64,000 nucleotides of DNA. It comes from Alphaproteobacteria bacterium (GTDB lineage Bacteria; Pseudomonadota; Alphaproteobacteria; UBA828). The notes under the pieces were generated by a model that saw only the letters and a list, made by a program, of their open reading frames with translations, did no database searches and was not told where the DNA came from. The stretch spans positions 832,001-896,000 of the forward strand of contig CAXXMU010000002.1 of the NCBI GenBank assembly GCA_963667785.2, written 5' to 3'. Below are positions 60,608 to 64,000 of this stretch, piece by piece; within the stretch, counting starts at the first letter, position 1; each line of letters begins with the position of its first letter. Both the position numbers and the translations under genes were made by a program.

Positions 60608-61465
60608 CTACGCTTCGGCACTCACCGGTGCGGTCCGCCCGTAGAAGCCGAGCCTCTCCGTCTCGCTGAAGACCACGTCGGGCGCCTCGTAGTAGGAGAA
60701 GACGGCGACGATGCGGGCGCGCGCGCCCTCGACCGGCGTGGTCCTATGCGCGGTGTTCTTCCCCTTGAAGACGTTGAGCGTGCCCGGGCTGAGCGGCATG
60801 GTCCGCACGTCGTCATCGTCGCCTGCGAGCAGCCGGGCGACGCCGCCATAGTTCGGGTCGATCTCGCTCCTCAGCCCGCTGCGGTACTGGAACGCGCCGC
60901 CCGCCGCGGGTGCCTGCAGGAGAATGGTGATGGTGAACTCGGCCCGGTCGAAGTGCCAGTTGAGGCGCTCGCCCGACCGGTAGGCCATGACGTTGAGGCG
61001 ACCGAGCGGGTCGGCCATGGGGTAGAGCCGGGGCTTCTCCAGCGTCGCCGCCAGGAAGTCGATGAGCGGCCGCCACTCGTAGATCCGCGCGATCGTGCTG
61101 GCCGGAATCTGGTCGCCGCAGATCGTGTGGTTGACGGTGGTGAAGCGGCCGAGCGCCGGGTGGCCGGGCGCGAGCCCCGCGATCTCGTCGTCGAAGTAGA
61201 TGTTGTGATCGCGGGCATGGGTGAAGGCGGCGGCCGCGAGAACCGGCTCGACCTCGGCGACGCAGGCCGCGAGCGCCTCGGGCCGGATGAGCCCGTCGAG
61301 GCTGAACATGCCGGCCTCGCGCAGCGCCTTCCGGCAGCGGGCGACGAGCGCCCGCGCCTGCGCGCCGCCCGGCGCGTCCACCGGCCAGCGGTCGAGATCG
61401 AGAACCCGCTCCATCGCCTGCGGCTGGCGCCGCGCGCCGGCGGGAGTCCCCTGCCCTACAGCCAC
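60608..61465 (-). CDS. 2OG-Fe(II) oxygenase (BesD/HalD-related, hydroxylase-type triad)
   Basis: HNIYF, LNWHFD, LLQAP, GG.F, H.TTPV.G..R; start uncertain. Confidence 0.8.
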   Translation of the reverse strand: MAVGQGTPAGARRQPQAMERVLDLDRWPVDAPGGAQARALVARCRKALREAGMFSLDGLIRPEALAACVAEVEPVLAAAAFTHARDHNIYFDDEIAGLAPGHPALGRFTTVNHTICGDQIPASTIARIYEWRPLIDFLAATLEKPRLYPMADPLGRLNVMAYRSGERLNWHFDRAEFTITILLQAPAAGGAFQYRSGLRSEIDPNYGGVARLLAGDDDDVRTMPLSPGTLNVFKGKNTAHRTTPVEGARARIVAVFSYYEAPDVVFSETERLGFYGRTAPVSAEA

Positions 61466-62697
61466 TCCTCCTCCAGCGGATAGGAGGAGAGCTGCTCGTG
61501 GCCGTCAGCGGTGATCAGCACCTGCTCCTCAAGCTTGACCGATTCGCGGCCGCCGGCGGGCGAGGTCAGCGCCTCCACGCAGAGCACCATCCCCTCGCGC
61601 AGCACGGCGTCGTCGCCGGAGTCCTCGTCCTGCGGGTAGTGGATGACCGGATACTCGTCGCAGAGCCCCACCCCGTGCATCGCCGCCACGTAGCGCTGCT
61701 CGACGAACTCGTCGCCGAGGGGGCGCAGCCGCTCCGTCAGCTCGCGGAAGCCCACGCCCGGCTTCAGCAGCGCCTTGTTCTCCTGGATGTGCGCGTAGGC
61801 GTCGGCGTAGAGGCGCCGCTGCTCGTCGTCGGGCCGCGCGTCGCACACCCAGGTGCGCGAGATGTCGCAGCAATAGCCGTAGGGGCCCACGAGATCGGTG
61901 TCGAAGGCGACGATGTCGCCGCGCTCGATCGGCCGCAGCGAGGATTCGCGGAACCACGGGTTGGTGCGCGGCCCGGAGGCGAGCAGCCGGGTCTCGATCC
62001 ACTCGCCGCCGCCGGCGATGTTGCCGCGGTGGAGCTCGGCCCAGAGCGCGTTCTCGGTGATGCCGGGCACGAGCGCCGCCCGCATCTGCGCGATGGCCTG
62101 CTCGCACACGTGGATGGAATGACGCATCAGGGCGATCTCGCCGGCCGACTTGATGTTGCGGGCGTTCTCCATCACCTCGAAGCCGTCGAATATCTCGTAG
62201 CCCAGCCGCTGCATCTCGATGACGCCCTGCGGCGCGACCCGGTCGATGGCGATACGCCGGTTGCCGCCTGCGTCCGCCCGGATCACCGAGTCCAGATCGG
62301 CGGCCCAGGTCCTCGCCATCTCCGCGAGCTCCGTGCCGGCGATGAAGTAGAGGAAGGCGATGGCCGGGCGCACCTCGCCGATGGTGGGCAGGCCCTCGTT
62401 GATCAGCGTGCTGCCGCCGCCGAACTCGAAGAGGCGGACCGGCCCTTCCGTCGGCACGTAGAGGTAGCGCGACTCGTTGTGGGCGCACCAGATCTGCATG
62501 TTCGTCGCATCGCTGGCGTAGCGGATGTTCACCGGGTCGTAGAGGAGGATGCCGGCGAGGTCGCGCTCCGCCAGCGCCGCGCGCACGCGCGCGAGCCGGT
62601 AGCGCCGCACCGCGTCGAGATCGCACGGCGGGATGCTGTGCTCCATCGCGCCGTGCTGGCGCGGCGTGTTGGCCGTGTTGCCGCCTTCGCTATTCAT
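61456..62697 (-). CDS. M24 metallopeptidase-fold protein, DddP (DMSP lyase)-like
   Basis: DPVNIRYASDATNMQIW, WIETRLLASGPRTNPWF, FDTD, DISR, HGVGLCDEYP, VKLEEQ. Confidence 0.8.
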   Translation of the reverse strand: MNSEGGNTANTPRQHGAMEHSIPPCDLDAVRRYRLARVRAALAERDLAGILLYDPVNIRYASDATNMQIWCAHNESRYLYVPTEGPVRLFEFGGGSTLINEGLPTIGEVRPAIAFLYFIAGTELAEMARTWAADLDSVIRADAGGNRRIAIDRVAPQGVIEMQRLGYEIFDGFEVMENARNIKSAGEIALMRHSIHVCEQAIAQMRAALVPGITENALWAELHRGNIAGGGEWIETRLLASGPRTNPWFRESSLRPIERGDIVAFDTDLVGPYGYCCDISRTWVCDARPDDEQRRLYADAYAHIQENKALLKPGVGFRELTERLRPLGDEFVEQRYVAAMHGVGLCDEYPVIHYPQDEDSGDDAVLREGMVLCVEALTSPAGGRESVKLEEQVLITADGHEQLSSYPLEEEWL

Positions 62698-62758
62698 CAA
62701 GTCCCTCCGCGACGAAATAGCAGATCGCGCCGTCGATTCTGGTCACGCCCCACGGGCC

Positions 62759-63967
62759 TCAGACCTCCCTGCCGAGCAGCCGCTCGTCGAAGGGAAACGT
62801 GCTCATGGTCTCGATACCCGTCTCGGTCACCAGCACCTGCTCCTCGAGCTTCACCCCCTCGCCGCCGTCCTCGTGGCCGATGAAGCTCTCGATGCAGAGC
62901 GTCATGTCGGGCTCGACGATGCCGTCATAGTCCCGCCCGGAGTCGTAGTCGGCCTCGTAGACGATATAGGGATACTCGCCCGTGGCGCCGATGCCGTGGA
63001 TCATCAGGTAGTAGCGGCGCGCGTAGTAGGGGGCGGGGATCGTCCACGCCGCCTCCGTGATCTCCCGGAACGTCCGCCCCGGCCGGATCAGGTCCATGTT
63101 GTGGTGGATCTGCTCGTGGGCGAGGCGGTAGAGCGTCGTCTGTGCGGCGCTCGGCCGGCCGTCGCCGCAGAGGAAGGTCCGCGAGAAGTCCGCGTAGTAG
63201 CCGTGCGGGCCGACGACGTCGGTATCGTGGGCGACCAGCTCGCCGGCGCGGATCACGCGCTCGCCGCTTTCCTGGAACCAGGGGTTGGTCCGCTCGCCCG
63301 AGCTGAGCAGCCGCGTCTCCACATAGTCAGCGCCGTCCGCGATCAGATGGCGATGGAACTCCGCCCAGAGCGCGTTCTCGCTGATGCCGGGCCTGACGGC
63401 GTCCTGCAACGCCCGCTCCGCCGCCATGACGCAGGCCATCGAGCGCTTCGAGCAGGCGATCTCCTCGGGCGTCTTGATCGCCCGCGCCCTCTCGGCCGGC
63501 GCCTGGGCGTCGAGGACGGCGAAGCCCCGGTCCGCCAGATGGTTGGCGGCGCGCACGTCGATACGCTCCAGGCCGATCCGGGTCTCGCCCGGACAGTGGC
63601 GGCGCATGAGCGCGGCGATCTCGTCGGCCCAGGCCCGCGCCGTCTCGTCCAGGAGCGGCCCGCGCGCCACGTAGGAGACCGTGGTCGAGACGCGGATCTC
63701 GTCGATCGCCGGGTTGTCCCGCTCCATGTGCTCGCAGCCTGCGAACTCGAACAGCACGACCGGGCCCTCGACGGGCACGAACACGTAGCGCGCCGGATTG
63801 CGCAGGAGGAAGGGCAGCATGTTCCGCGCGCCGGTGGCGTAGCGCACGTTGTGCGGGTCGGTCAGCACCAGGGCCGCCACGTCGAAGCGCGCCATCTCCG
63901 CCCGCAGCCGCGCCAGCCGGCCGAGGCGCAGGGCGGTCTCGTCGGGCGCCGGCGGCACCGGGCTCAT
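62759..63967 (-). CDS. M24 metallopeptidase-fold protein, DddP-related paralog
   Basis: DPHNVRYATG..NM, ETRLLSSGERTNPWFQE, HDTD, DFSR, HGIG, GVKLEEQ. Confidence 0.8.
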   Translation of the reverse strand: MSPVPPAPDETALRLGRLARLRAEMARFDVAALVLTDPHNVRYATGARNMLPFLLRNPARYVFVPVEGPVVLFEFAGCEHMERDNPAIDEIRVSTTVSYVARGPLLDETARAWADEIAALMRRHCPGETRIGLERIDVRAANHLADRGFAVLDAQAPAERARAIKTPEEIACSKRSMACVMAAERALQDAVRPGISENALWAEFHRHLIADGADYVETRLLSSGERTNPWFQESGERVIRAGELVAHDTDVVGPHGYYADFSRTFLCGDGRPSAAQTTLYRLAHEQIHHNMDLIRPGRTFREITEAAWTIPAPYYARRYYLMIHGIGATGEYPYIVYEADYDSGRDYDGIVEPDMTLCIESFIGHEDGGEGVKLEEQVLVTETGIETMSTFPFDERLLGREV

Positions 63968-64000
63968 GGACTCACTCGGCGGCGTGGATTTCCCGGTCGG

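Noticed and set aside
60608-61465. Halogenase
   Set aside because: HxD triad retained (WHFD)

Overview
GC-rich alphaproteobacterial chromosome segment, Rhodospirillales-like judging by the pckA-chvI-chvG, pepA-holC and proS-lolE-lolD gene order and a tRNA-His retaining G-1/C73. It holds about 60 CDS. Housekeeping genes (ubiA, rsmE, gshA, ggt, holC, pepA, pckA, chvIG, hsp20, ubiX, lolDE, proS, ivd) are interleaved with catabolic modules: an HcnABC/opine-oxidase-like trio, a CoA-transferase/CitE/AbfD-like/SnoaL cluster, a PaaK/ECH/fused-E1 cluster, and an onium/betaine-type region (flavoprotein demethylase-like OYE, two enolase-superfamily genes, a Rieske oxygenase, a 2OG-Fe(II) oxygenase, two DddP-like M24 proteins). 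Most striking features: (1) an integrase-free AT-rich one-gene cassette (DUF2971-like) bracketed by a ~195 bp diverged duplication of the ivd promoter plus first 42 codons; (2) a helically phased GGGAT decamer array; (3) CTAGAGC-ended MITE-like repeats whose ends coincide with the stop codons of ubiA and proS; (4) a wHTH-regulated operon for a secreted helical protein with a terminal CxxCH; (5) a STAS-GPP34/GOLPH3 pair. Two single-C frameshifts may be assembly errors. No CRISPR array, rRNA, prophage or intact transposase was seen. All family calls come from motif recognition by eye; no database searches were run.
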